DNA from: an uncultured Candidatus Binatia bacterium
Lineage (GTDB): Bacteria > Desulfobacterota > Binatia > UBA9968 > JAJDTQ01
Assembly (NCBI GenBank): GCA_965242525.1
Contig: OZ251459.1
Coordinates: forward strand, 3,392,001 to 3,456,000
DNA: 64,000 nt
Reading direction: 5' to 3'
Shown: positions 47,747-57,034 of the stretch, one piece after another
Layout of the letters: each line of letters starts with the position of its first letter
Position numbering within the stretch: the first letter of the stretch is position 1
Program-made: the position numbers and the translations under genes
Notes under the pieces: model-generated
What the model was told of the DNA's origin: nothing
Seen by the model: the letters and a program-made list of their open reading frames with translations, nothing else
The model's database searches: none

Positions 47747-48244
47747 TTACGCGCCGCTTCCCCCGCCGCCGCCGGTATTGTAGATCTGCTGGGCCAGGTA
47801 GTTCTCGTGGCCGACCTCCCCCATCAGGTGGAGCTGCGCTTCGATCCAGTCCACGTGGCTCTCTTCATCGGCCAGGATCTGCTCCAGGAGTTCGCGGCTC
47901 ACGTGGTCCCCGGCCTCGTTGCACACGGCGATGCTGTCGTGGAGCACCGCAATGGCCGCCTCCTCCAGCCCCAGGTCGTTCTCCAACTGCTCCTTGACCG
48001 TCTTGCCGATCATGATCTTGTCGTAACCGGTGACGTTGGGCGCCCCGTCCAGCAGCAGGATGCGGTTGATGATCTGGTCCGCGTGCCGCATCTCCTCCAC
48101 GGATTCGGTCCAGATGAACTGGTCCAGGGCCTGGTAACCCCAGTTGCGGCACATGCGCGAGTGCATGAAGTACTGGTTGATGCCGGTCAGCTCTTTCCGC
48201 AGCACGTCGTTGAGCACCTTGAGCACTCTGGGGTCGCTTTTCAT
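47747..48244 (-). CDS. bfr: Bacterioferritin
   Basis: Start 'MKSDPRVL' after GGAGGAGG; 'ELTGINQYFMH', 'ESVEEMRHAD' (heme Met), 'DEESH'. Confidence 0.95.
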   Translation of the reverse strand: MKSDPRVLKVLNDVLRKELTGINQYFMHSRMCRNWGYQALDQFIWTESVEEMRHADQIINRILLLDGAPNVTGYDKIMIGKTVKEQLENDLGLEEAAIAVLHDSIAVCNEAGDHVSRELLEQILADEESHVDWIEAQLHLMGEVGHENYLAQQIYNTGGGGGSGA

Positions 48245-48410
48245 GTCGTATCCTCCTCCGCGTATGGGTTCCCCTTCCTCGAACCGAGGGGCTCCAGCAT
48301 GGGAACCATAGTCAAAGTCGGCCCCTTTTGAAAGAGCGAACTCCGTGCACGGGCCGGTTCCCCGAACGTTGCCTGCCGGTGACGCCATACCCAAGAGTGG
48401 GCGTTTGCTT

Positions 48411-48433
48411 TACCGAAACAATTTTATTTGATA
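48411..48433. promoter_or_regulatory. Candidate 7-9-7 operator (TACCGAA-N9-TTTGATA) between bfr and DHOR
   Basis: Near-copy of the perfect palindrome at 52637-52659. Confidence 0.55.
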
Positions 48434-48444
48434 AAGGGCCACAC

Positions 48445-49932
48445 GTGTCCTCGTCCATCGTCATCGCCCTCCTGGTCTTCACGTCCGTCACTGCGTCCGC
48501 GGGCAACTCCGACCGGGACCGGGCGCGCATCGCCGCGGTCACGCGGCCCACCGCCGACTTCTCCCGACCCGAGCGGTACGAACGCCGCCCGGGCGGCGCC
48601 GCCACGGTGTTCAAGCCGCTGAACCGGGACGTCTTCTCCCATCCGTCGGCGAACATGCCGTTCGACCGCCAACTCGACTTCCGGGTGGGAAACGGCATCT
48701 TCAAGAAGGTATGGGTCTCGTCGCCGAGCTCCACCGCCTCGTCGGACGGCCTCGGCCCGCTGTTCAACGCCCGCGCCTGCCAGCGCTGCCACCTGAAGGA
48801 CGGCCGCGGGCGGCCGCCGGCTCCGGGCGAGCGGGCCGAGTCCATGTTCCTCCGGCTGTCGGTCCCGGCCCCGGACGCGGAGGGTCCCGCTCCACGTGAG
48901 GGCTACCACCGGGCAACGGTTCCGGAACCCACCTACGGCGAGCAGATCCAGAACTTCTCGGTCCCGGGAGTGCCCGCGGAGGGCGAGATGACCATCGCCT
49001 ACCGCGAGCGGACGGTGGCGCTGGCCGACGGCGAGACCGCGTCGCTGCGGGTCCCCGCCTACGGGGTCGCCGGGCTCCGCTACGGCCCGCTGCACCCCCG
49101 CACCATGCTGTCCCCGCGGGTGACCCCGCCGATCATCGGCATGGGCCTCCTCGAAGCCGTGCCGGAAGAAGACATCCTGGCGGGCGCCGACCCGGACGAC
49201 GCCGACGGGGACGGCATCTCCGGCCGGGCCAACCGGGTCTGGAGCGACGAGCACCGGAAGCCCATGCTCGGCCGCTTCGGCTGGAAGGCGGGACAGCCCA
49301 CGGTGGCGCAACAGGCCGCCAGCGCGTTCCGCGGCGACATCGGCGTCTCCACGCCCCTCTACCCCGACCCCCACGGCGACTGCACCGAGGCCCAACGGGC
49401 GTGCCGGAACGCGCCCCACGGCGGCGCGTCGGACCCCCGCCACCGCGCCGAGGCCACCGAGACGATGTTCGACCTGCTGGTCTTCTACAGCCGCAACCTC
49501 GCGGTTCCCGCGCGCCGCGGCCTCGACGACCCACAGGTGCTCCAGGGCAAGCGGCTCTTCCACGAATCCGACTGCATCGGCTGCCACCGGCCGAAGTTCG
49601 TCACCCGGCGGGACTCCATCGGCAAGGAGCAGTCCTTCCAGCTCATCTGGCCCTACACCGACCTGCTGCTCCACGACATGGGGGAGGGGCTGGCCGACGG
49701 CCGGCCCGAGGGCGAAGCCGGCGGCCGCGAGTGGCGCACGCCGCCGCTCTGGGGCATCGGCCTCACGGAGACGGTCAACGGCCACACCCTGTTCCTGCAC
49801 GACGGCCGCGCCCGCAACCTGCTGGAGGCCATCCTCTGGCACGGCGGCGAGGCCGAAGCGTCCCGCCAGCGGGTGGAGGCCATGACCCGGGAGGAACGGG
49901 CCGCGCTGCTGGCGTTCCTGAACTCCCTTTAG
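48445..49932 (+). CDS. Di-heme oxidoreductase family protein (DHOR/DUF1111)
   Basis: Two CxxCH motifs ('CQRCH', 'CIGCH'), 'DGLGPLFNA', 'GRFGWKA', 'WRTPPLWGIG', 'LHDGRAR'. The GTG start is uncertain. Confidence 0.9.
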   Translation: MSSSIVIALLVFTSVTASAGNSDRDRARIAAVTRPTADFSRPERYERRPGGAATVFKPLNRDVFSHPSANMPFDRQLDFRVGNGIFKKVWVSSPSSTASSDGLGPLFNARACQRCHLKDGRGRPPAPGERAESMFLRLSVPAPDAEGPAPREGYHRATVPEPTYGEQIQNFSVPGVPAEGEMTIAYRERTVALADGETASLRVPAYGVAGLRYGPLHPRTMLSPRVTPPIIGMGLLEAVPEEDILAGADPDDADGDGISGRANRVWSDEHRKPMLGRFGWKAGQPTVAQQAASAFRGDIGVSTPLYPDPHGDCTEAQRACRNAPHGGASDPRHRAEATETMFDLLVFYSRNLAVPARRGLDDPQVLQGKRLFHESDCIGCHRPKFVTRRDSIGKEQSFQLIWPYTDLLLHDMGEGLADGRPEGEAGGREWRTPPLWGIGLTETVNGHTLFLHDGRARNLLEAILWHGGEAEASRQRVEAMTREERAALLAFLNSL

Positions 49933-50258
49933 GAAACCCTGAACAGTCGGGACAGAGAGCATGAGAGCGTCCTTCGACTTCGCTTCGCTACGCTCAGGAT
50001 GAACGGGGGGACTTCGCTTCGCTACGCTCAGGACGAACGGGAATAGGGGCGTCGGGGTGAGGGAATCGGGAATCCATCCCGGATGTCTCGATTGTTCAGA
50101 GGTTCCTTCAGGAAACCCTGAACAATCGAGCCGTGGATGAGAAGTATTCCCTCACGCGACCTTGCTATCCCCGTTCGTCCTGAGCGTAGCGAAGCGAAGT
50201 CGAAGGACGCGCTTTTTCATAGGAGAAGCACATCGAGCCGGAATTGGTCAGAGGTTCC
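49932..50258. mobile_element. Two tandem MITE copies (49932-50106 and 50111-50258)
   Basis: GGAAACCCTGAACA.TC left ends and T.AGAGGTTCC right ends; flanks TTTA/TTCA/TTCA. The first copy is nearly identical to 42018-42192. Confidence 0.8.
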
Positions 50259-50278
50259 TTCACGGATTGGAGACGCTC

Positions 50279-51373
50279 ATGACACCCATACTCCGATGGG
50301 CCGCGCTGACGGCCTTGGCCCTGGCGGCCGCGGTCCCGTCCGCGGCCGGCGCGCCGCTGGAAACCGAGGCCTTCGCACGGGTCAACGCAGCCCTGGCGGA
50401 GGACCACGTGCTGCCCCGCTACGTCCGGCTCGCCGCGGCCACCGAAGCCTTCGCCCATGTATCCCGCGACCTGTGCGCCGCTCCCCGGGACGGCGCCGCC
50501 CAGGCCCAGGCGGGCTTCCGGGACGCTCTGGCCGCATGGATGGGGGTGGAGCACGTGCGTTTCGGCCCCATCGAGGTCCTCATGCGCGGCCACCGCTTCT
50601 ACTTCTGGCCCCAGGCCCGGGCCAAGGTGGCCGCGGCCGTGCGCAAGGCCGTCGCGGCCGGTGACCAAGCCGCGGACCCGTCGCGCCTCGCCAAGGCCAA
50701 CGTCGCCGTCCAGGGACTCCTGGCCGCAGAGGTGCTGCTCTACGGGGAGGAGCCGCAGCGCGCGGTGAGCAGCGCCGCGGGCTGCGCGCTGCTCACCGCG
50801 GCGACGGCCAACATGCGCGCCATGGCCGCGGATCTGGCGGCCGACTGGCGCGACGGCAGCGCCCCGTTCGTCCGCACCGTGACCCGACCCGGACCGAAGA
50901 ACGAGTACTTCGACAGCCACCAGGAGGCGACCCGGGCTTTCTTCAAGAGCCTGCACGACGGCTTGCAGCTCATCTCCGACGTCAAGCTGGAGCCCGTCAT
51001 CGGCGACGGCCCGGAGAAGACGCGGCCGCGCCTGGCCGAATCCCGCCTGAGCGGCCGCTCCCTCGCCAACGTCATCGACAACCTCGCCGCGCTCCGGGAG
51101 CTCTATGAGGGCGGGAACGGCCCGGGTCTCGGGGACCTGGTCCGCACCGCGGACGCCAAGCTCCACCGTCTGCTCCGCAAGGCGTTCCGCATCACCCTGG
51201 AGACGGCGCGTTCCGTCGGCAGTCCCGTGGAGGAAGCCGCGGCCGATGCCGCGCTGCGGCCCAGGGTCGAGAAGCTGGCGCTCCAGGTGAAGGCCCTCAA
51301 GCAGATCGTGAGGGACCGGCTGGCGCCGGCGCTGGGTTTTCCGGTGGGCTTCAACTCCCTCGATGGCGATTGA
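50279..51373 (+). CDS. Imelysin family protein
   Basis: Signal peptide, 'VRFGP', 'FYFWP', 'VQGLLAAEVLLY', 'ESRLSGRS', C-terminal 'GFNSLDGD'. Confidence 0.9.
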   Translation: MTPILRWAALTALALAAAVPSAAGAPLETEAFARVNAALAEDHVLPRYVRLAAATEAFAHVSRDLCAAPRDGAAQAQAGFRDALAAWMGVEHVRFGPIEVLMRGHRFYFWPQARAKVAAAVRKAVAAGDQAADPSRLAKANVAVQGLLAAEVLLYGEEPQRAVSSAAGCALLTAATANMRAMAADLAADWRDGSAPFVRTVTRPGPKNEYFDSHQEATRAFFKSLHDGLQLISDVKLEPVIGDGPEKTRPRLAESRLSGRSLANVIDNLAALRELYEGGNGPGLGDLVRTADAKLHRLLRKAFRITLETARSVGSPVEEAAADAALRPRVEKLALQVKALKQIVRDRLAPALGFPVGFNSLDGD

Positions 51374-52496
51374 CCGGAGAGCCGTGCTCCGGCTGCTGGC
51401 CGGCGGGGTGCTCACCGGCGCGGCGCTGGGGCTGCCGCGGTCCCCGGGCGCCGCTCCCCGGAGGCGGCTCTACCTGGGCGCCCGGGCGGGCGCCGACGGA
51501 GGCTACCGGGTCAGCGGCTTCCGCGCATCCGGCGCCGGGGCCTTCGACCTGGGCCTGCCGGACCGCGGCCATTCCTTCGCAGTCCGGCCGGACCGGCGAA
51601 CGGCCGTGGTCTTCGCCCGGCGGCCCGGCCGCTTTGCGCTGGCCCTGGACTTGGCCCGCGGCGCCCCGGCGGCCGAGTTCGCCGCGCCCCGGGACCGCCA
51701 CTTCTACGGCCACGGCGCGTTCGACCCCGATGGCCGGTTCCTGTACGCCAGCGAGAACGACTTCGAGGGGGAGCGCGGCGTCATCGGCGTCTATGACGCG
51801 GACAAGGGTTACCGGCGCGTGGGCGAACTGTCCTCCCACGGCATCGGCCCCCACGAGGTCGCGCTCCTCTCCGACGGCGTCACCCTGGCCATCGCCAACG
51901 GCGGCATCCTGACGCGGCCCGACCTGCCCCGGGTCAAGCTCAACGTCGCAACCATGGCCCCCTCCCTCTGCTACGTGCACCGGCTCGACGGCAGGCTCCT
52001 GAAGGAGCGCCGGCTCGGCCCCGCGTTCCATCGACTGGGCATCCGCCATTTGGCCGTGAGCCGGGACGACACCGTGGCCGTCGCCATGCAGTACGAGGGA
52101 CCCCGGGGCCGCCTCGTGCCCCTGGCGGCCGTGGACCGGGCCGGGGCCGCGGCGGACGCGCCCCTGGTTCCCCTGTCGGCTGCGCCCGGGGTCTGGCGCG
52201 CCATGAAGCAGTACTGCGGCAGCGTCTGCTTCGACTCCGAAGGCCGGGTGCTGGCGGTTTCCGCGCCCCGGGGCAACCTCGTGACCTTCTGGGACGCCGC
52301 CGCGGGCAGCTACCTGTGGTCCGCGCGGGTGCTCGACGGCAGCGGCGTCGCCCCCGGCGAGGGCCCCGGTGAGTTCCTGGCCAGCAGCGGCCACCGCGGC
52401 GTCACCGTCATCGACGCACGGTCGGGCGCATGGACCCCCCTCGACGCCCCCTTCGTCAACACCCCGCGCTGGGACAACCACTTGGCGGCCGTCTGA
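51363..52496 (+). CDS. DUF1513 family Tat-exported beta-propeller protein
   Basis: Tat motif 'DRRAVL', 'RGHS', 'ARRPG', 'HFYGHG', 'GIGPHE', 'ANGGI', 'WDNH'. Confidence 0.9.
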   Translation: MAIDRRAVLRLLAGGVLTGAALGLPRSPGAAPRRRLYLGARAGADGGYRVSGFRASGAGAFDLGLPDRGHSFAVRPDRRTAVVFARRPGRFALALDLARGAPAAEFAAPRDRHFYGHGAFDPDGRFLYASENDFEGERGVIGVYDADKGYRRVGELSSHGIGPHEVALLSDGVTLAIANGGILTRPDLPRVKLNVATMAPSLCYVHRLDGRLLKERRLGPAFHRLGIRHLAVSRDDTVAVAMQYEGPRGRLVPLAAVDRAGAAADAPLVPLSAAPGVWRAMKQYCGSVCFDSEGRVLAVSAPRGNLVTFWDAAAGSYLWSARVLDGSGVAPGEGPGEFLASSGHRGVTVIDARSGAWTPLDAPFVNTPRWDNHLAAV

Positions 52497-52636
52497 CCCC
52501 CGAACCGCGGGCCTCCCTCGGCCTGACGACCCCGCCCCGTCCGGGGCGGCGCTCCTGCGCGACACCGGCGGCCCCGTCCGGGGACGCGGCCCCAAAAAAG
52601 GAGCGGTTCGTCTCAGGATATTTCCATTATTTGTTT

Positions 52637-52659
52637 TACCAAATAATTTTTCTTTGGTA
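52637..52659. promoter_or_regulatory. Perfect 7-9-7 palindrome TACCAAA-N9-TTTGGTA in an AT-rich promoter
   Basis: Lies upstream of the 52721 ORF and overlaps a second inverted repeat, ATTATTTG-N6-CAAATAAT (52626-52647). Confidence 0.6.
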
Positions 52660-52720
52660 TGACTAGCGACACCTGCGCCAAAGCCGCGCGCGCAGAGACC
52701 GCTCACGGAAAGGAGCCGCC

Positions 52721-53104
52721 ATGTCCCACAACCGGCTCATCGAGGTGGCGTGGAAACTGCACCAGGGGACCAGGAACTGTCCCAGGGGCCTGATCGTCAA
52801 CGCCACGCGGTGGTTGGAGGACTGCTACCGCAAGTCCCCGGACTGGAAGACCGCGTTCGCCATCGCGGTCCACTACGTGGTCCTGGCCCTGAGCCGGATG
52901 GAGACCGACGGCAGCGAGCCCGCCGCGGACTACCTGGCGCTGGCCCTGCAATGGAACGCCGTCAAGGATCGGGACGTCCTCGAACTCGTCACCGTGGGAC
53001 GGGCCGCCCCTGCGGCGGCGATGGAGGAGGCGGGCGGAGCCCTGCGACGCCCGGAAGCGGCTCGCCCCGCGATACCGAAAGGAAACCACCATGGAACGGA
53101 ATGA
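52721..53104 (+). CDS. Hypothetical protein
   Basis: AAGGAG RBS, host-like codon usage and an AT-rich promoter upstream. Confidence 0.65.
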   Translation: MSHNRLIEVAWKLHQGTRNCPRGLIVNATRWLEDCYRKSPDWKTAFAIAVHYVVLALSRMETDGSEPAADYLALALQWNAVKDRDVLELVTVGRAAPAAAMEEAGGALRRPEAARPAIPKGNHHGTE

Positions 53105-53297
53105 TCGAACCGCCAAGCGCTGGCAGATATTCATGTGCCCAAGCGGCAGCGTGCATATCCATTACGGCGCCGGATCGCTGCACATCGCCAGGGAAGACTT
53201 CCCCGGATTGGCCGAGGACCTCCACGCGGTCGCGCGCTCCGTCTGCACCGGCGACGAAGATCCGAAGCACCCGCCCCAAGGCCAGCGGGTTCACTGA
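53091..53297 (+). CDS. Small hypothetical protein with Cys/His motif
   Basis: AAGGA RBS, overlaps the previous gene; 'IFMCPSGSVHIHYG'. Confidence 0.6.
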   Translation: MERNDRTAKRWQIFMCPSGSVHIHYGAGSLHIAREDFPGLAEDLHAVARSVCTGDEDPKHPPQGQRVH

Positions 53298-53298
53298 A

Positions 53299-53452
53299 GG
53301 AACCCTGGACGATTCCGGCTTGAACTCCAACTCCCTGTGGGAAAGTGCGTCCTTCGACTTCCCTACGCTACGCTCAGGACGAACGGGGATAGGGGCGTCA
53401 GGGTGAAGGAATTGGGCATCCATCCCGGATGTCTCGATTGTTCAGAGGTTCC
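53299..53452. mobile_element. MITE copy
   Basis: GGAACCCTGGACGATTC ... GATTGTTCAGAGGTTCC, with TGAA on both flanks; a further degenerate copy starts at 53457. Confidence 0.8.
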
Positions 53453-53496
53453 TGAAGAAACCCTGGACCATCGAGCCGAGGACGAGGGTTATTCCC

Positions 53497-54305
53497 TCAC
53501 GTGGCCTTCCTGTCCCCGTTCGTCCTGGGCATAGCGTAGGGAAGACCTCCGTTCGTCCTGAGCGTAGCGGAGCGAAGTCGAAGGACGCGCGCGCCATCTC
53601 CCCGGTCCATGCCTGCCCGGGGCGGACCTTCGGCCAGCACGCGCCCTTCCGCCAGGACCACCACGCGGTCCCCGTACATGGCCGCCAGATCCATGTCGCG
53701 GAGGGCCACCACCGCTCCCACCCCCCGCGCCGCGGCCCGGCGCACCGCGTCCAGGGCGGCGCGCCGGCGGGCGGGGTCCAGCCGGGACCCGGGCTCGTCC
53801 AGCAACAGGTAACGACCGGGGAGGCCGCTCTCGCCTTCGGTGGAGCGGACCTGCGCCAGCGCCCGGGCCAACTGGACCTGCTGCCGCTCGCCTTCGGAGA
53901 GCGTGGTGTAAACGCGCGCCGCCAAGTGGGCGGCCCCGGTCTCCGCCAGACACGCGCGCGCCGCCTCCAGGTCTTCCCGCGGGCTGCTGGCGCCCAGGTG
54001 GGGCGAGCGCCCGAGCAACGCCACCTCCAGCGCGTCGAACGTGAACGAAAGCTCCTGCCGCTGCGGCAATACGCCCGCCTCCTGGCCAGCGCCCGCGGCG
54101 GCCACGTGGCCAGCGGATAACAGTCCAAGCAGACGCGGCCCGAGCGCGGCGGCAGCGAGCCCGACAGGACGTGGAGGAGGGTGGACTTGCCGGTGCCGCG
54201 GGGACCCGCCACCGCGACCACCTCTCCCGGACCCACCGCCATGGACACCCCCTGCAACGCCTCCGCGTCGCCCAGGACCGCGTGGACGTCCCACGCTTGC
54301 AGCAT
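53497..54305 (-). pseudogene. Frameshifted, degenerate heme/Fe ABC ATPase (HmuV-like)
   Basis: Frame 1 'MLQA...GPRGTGKSTLL...ALARRRA' shifts at ~54072 to 'VLPQ..ELSFTF...LGRSPH...LSEGERQ...LLDEP...LRD'. Signature and H-loop are altered, and the C-terminus runs into a repeat. Confidence 0.8.
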
Positions 54306-55372
54306 CACTCGTCTCCGGCGGGACCGCGGCGGCGCGTCAGCAGCCACAGGAGGAAGGGGCCGCCGATGCAGCCCGTCAGGATGCCGATGGGCAGTTCGGC
54401 CGGCAGCACGATGGCGCGGGCCGCCAAGTCCGCCAACAGCATGGAGCTTGCGCCCAACAGGATGACCGCGGGCAGCAGCGTCCGGTGGTCCGGCCCGACC
54501 ATGGCGCGCACCAAGTGCGGCGCTACCAGGCCGATGAACCCGATGACCCCGGTGAGCGCCACCGAGGCGCCCGTGGCCAGGGCCGCCAGCACGACGATGA
54601 GGCGTTTGGCGCGTTCCACGTGGAAGCCCAGGTGCAGCGCCTCGCGCTCGCCCAGCAGGAGCGCGTTGAGATGCCGCGCCAGGAGCGGCAGCGCCGCCAC
54701 CGCGCCCAGGAGGATCGGGGCGGCCGCCAGCAGCCGGGTCCGGTCGACCCCGCCCAGGCTGCCCAGCAGCCAGAAGCTCGCCTGCCGCAACGGCTGCTCG
54801 GCGCCGACGAAGAGCAGCAGGCCGATGCCGGCGGCAGCCGCGGCGTTCACCCCGACGCCGGCGAGCAGCAGGGCGGCCGCGTCCGTGCGGCCCTCGCGGC
54901 TGGCCACCCGGTACACGAGCCAGGCGGCGAGCAGGCCGCCTGCGCAGGCGGCTGCGGGCAGCACGAGGGCGTGGAAGGCCGGCAGCGTCGAGGACCCGGC
55001 GCCCAGAGCCATGGCCGCCACCACCGCAAGGGCGGAGCCGGTGGAGACGCCGATCAGCGCCGGGTCGGCAAGGGGGCTGCGGAACAACCCCTGCAACGCG
55101 GCGCCGGACACGGCCAGGGCCGCGCCGGACAGGACCCCCACCAGGGTTCGCGGAAGACGCATGGACACCGCGGTTTCGCCGGAGGCGGACGGCCACACCC
55201 CCAGGGCGTCGGCCAGGAGCGCCAGCAGGGGCGCCGCGTCCCCGGCGCCCCACCCGACGGATGCGAAGAAGGCCAGCGCCAGCAGGGCCCCGAAGAGCCA
55301 CAACACCAGCGCGCCCAGGTAACGGCGCCGGAAAGTCAACCCGGCGCTCACTGCGGCGGCGGTGACGCTCAT
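54305..55372 (-). CDS. FecCD/HmuU-type ABC permease
   Basis: 'RLPRTL', 'LAVSGAALQGLFRSPLADP', 'FWLLGSL', 'LLLGEREA.HLG', 'IGFIGLVAPH', 'ELPIG'. Confidence 0.9.
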   Translation of the reverse strand: MSVTAAAVSAGLTFRRRYLGALVLWLFGALLALAFFASVGWGAGDAAPLLALLADALGVWPSASGETAVSMRLPRTLVGVLSGAALAVSGAALQGLFRSPLADPALIGVSTGSALAVVAAMALGAGSSTLPAFHALVLPAAACAGGLLAAWLVYRVASREGRTDAAALLLAGVGVNAAAAAGIGLLLFVGAEQPLRQASFWLLGSLGGVDRTRLLAAAPILLGAVAALPLLARHLNALLLGEREALHLGFHVERAKRLIVVLAALATGASVALTGVIGFIGLVAPHLVRAMVGPDHRTLLPAVILLGASSMLLADLAARAIVLPAELPIGILTGCIGGPFLLWLLTRRRGPAGDE

Positions 55373-55440
55373 GGCCCGGGGCGCGAGCGACCGTCGGATT
55401 GCGGCGGTCTGCGGTTCATTCCGTCGTCCGAAGAGCAGGA

Positions 55441-55602
55441 GGAAACCCGGAACGATTACCCCCGTTCGTCCCGAGCATGGCGAAGCAAAGTCCTCCGTTC
55501 ATCCTGAACATAACGAAGCGAAGTCCTCCGTTCGTCCTGAGCATGGCGAAGCGAAGTCCCCCGTTCGTCCTGAGCGTAGCGAAGCGAAGTCGAAGGACGC
55601 GC
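55441..55602 (-). repeat. Four tandem 33-bp family-A units behind a MITE-like left end
   Basis: CCGTTC(G/A)TCC.GA.C.T..CGAAGC.AAGTC repeated four times, preceded by GGAAACCCGGAACGATT. Confidence 0.8.
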
Positions 55603-55753
55603 TTTCCCGCAGGGAGCGGGGATTCGAGCCGGAATCGAACAGGCATTCCAGAAGAGAGGGCGGCAGGCCTGCTCGCCCGGGAGCAGGCACGGAGGCGAGG
55701 CAGGCCTGCCAGCGGACGACGGGGGGAGGCCGTTCCCCGTCGTCCGAAACCGT

Positions 55754-57010
55754 CTATTGGAACACGGCCTCGGGGTTGTCGAGGCTGTCCGAGCCCTCGA
55801 ACCGGATGGAAGCCAGCCGGAGCGCGCCCACCGCCTTCTCGATGCCCCGGGTCTGGGCCGTCAGGGCGTCGATGGCGGACTGCACCCGGGCATTGCCCCT
55901 GGCGTTGCCCTCGCCGATCATCTGGTCGTAGGCTTCTCCCCCCTCCGCGGCCTTCACGATGGCCTCCATGGCGGCCATGGTGGCGTCGAGCCGGCCCCGA
56001 AGCTCTTCGTCCACCGCGGGGGCGGCGGCCGCCACCAGGGCCGAGAGTCCGGGTCCCCTGACCGTGCTGCCGTCCGTGCGCCGGTACTCACCGAGGTAGA
56101 TGTTCCGGATGCCGAGGGCGTCGTAGTAATGGGAGTAGTGGGTGTTGTCGCTGAAGCAGTCGTGCTCTTCCTCCGGGTCGTGCAGCAGCAGCCCGAGCTT
56201 CATGCGCTCGCCCGCCAGCTCGCCGTAGGAGAGGCTGCCCATGCCGGTCACGATGGCGGTCAGCCCCTGGTCGGGGTCGCCCTTGACCAAGCCTTCGCGC
56301 GCCTTGCCGCCGGAGGCCCACTGGGCCGCCATCCACGCAAGGTCGTCCACCAGCAGGTCGGCGGCCGCCTTGAGGTAGGCCGCGCGCCGGTCGCAGTTGC
56401 CCCACGAGCAGTTGGCCGGGTCGAAGTCGCTGGCCGGCCGCGCGCCCGCGCCGGGGCCGGTGCCGTTCAGGTCCTGGCCCCACAGGAGGAACTCCACCGC
56501 GTGGTAGCCGGTGGCCACGTTGGCCTCCACTCCCCCCAACTCGTGGAGGTCGGCCAGCAGGGCCTTGGTGATGCGCCGGGCGTCGATCTCCTTGCCGGAG
56601 AAGGCGAAGCTCGGGCTCGCGATGACGTTGGCCCGGAAGGCCGGGTTCTCCTCCGACGCCGCGCCGTAGCTTGCCGCCACGTAGTCGATCAGGCCCTCGT
56701 CGAGGGGCCATGCGTTGACCTTGCCCTCCCAGTCATCGACGATGGCGTTGCCGAAGCGATAGACCTCGCTCTGTTGATAGGGGACCCGCGCCGCGGTCCA
56801 CGCGGTCCGGGCCGCGGCCAGGTTCTTTTCGGTGGGCTCGGCGATCAACCGATCGACCGCTCCCTGCAATGCCTTGGCCGCGGTCAGCGAGTCTTCGTAC
56901 ACCGCATGGGCCAGCACCGCGTAGTGGGACACCACGTCGCGCTTCTGCGGCGCGGCGAACGCCAGGGTGGACAGGAACAATACGCCTGTCACGATCACGA
57001 CTGTCCTCAT
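55754..57010 (-). CDS. Imelysin/IrpA (iron-regulated protein A, peptidase M75-like)
   Basis: 'VNAWPLDEGLIDYV', 'ATGYHAVEFLLWGQD', 'GELAGERM', 'EEEHDCFSDNT'. Confidence 0.93.
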   Translation of the reverse strand: MRTVVIVTGVLFLSTLAFAAPQKRDVVSHYAVLAHAVYEDSLTAAKALQGAVDRLIAEPTEKNLAAARTAWTAARVPYQQSEVYRFGNAIVDDWEGKVNAWPLDEGLIDYVAASYGAASEENPAFRANVIASPSFAFSGKEIDARRITKALLADLHELGGVEANVATGYHAVEFLLWGQDLNGTGPGAGARPASDFDPANCSWGNCDRRAAYLKAAADLLVDDLAWMAAQWASGGKAREGLVKGDPDQGLTAIVTGMGSLSYGELAGERMKLGLLLHDPEEEHDCFSDNTHYSHYYDALGIRNIYLGEYRRTDGSTVRGPGLSALVAAAAPAVDEELRGRLDATMAAMEAIVKAAEGGEAYDQMIGEGNARGNARVQSAIDALTAQTRGIEKAVGALRLASIRFEGSDSLDNPEAVFQ

Positions 57011-57034
57011 CGTATCCTCCGTAAGGCCAATGCC

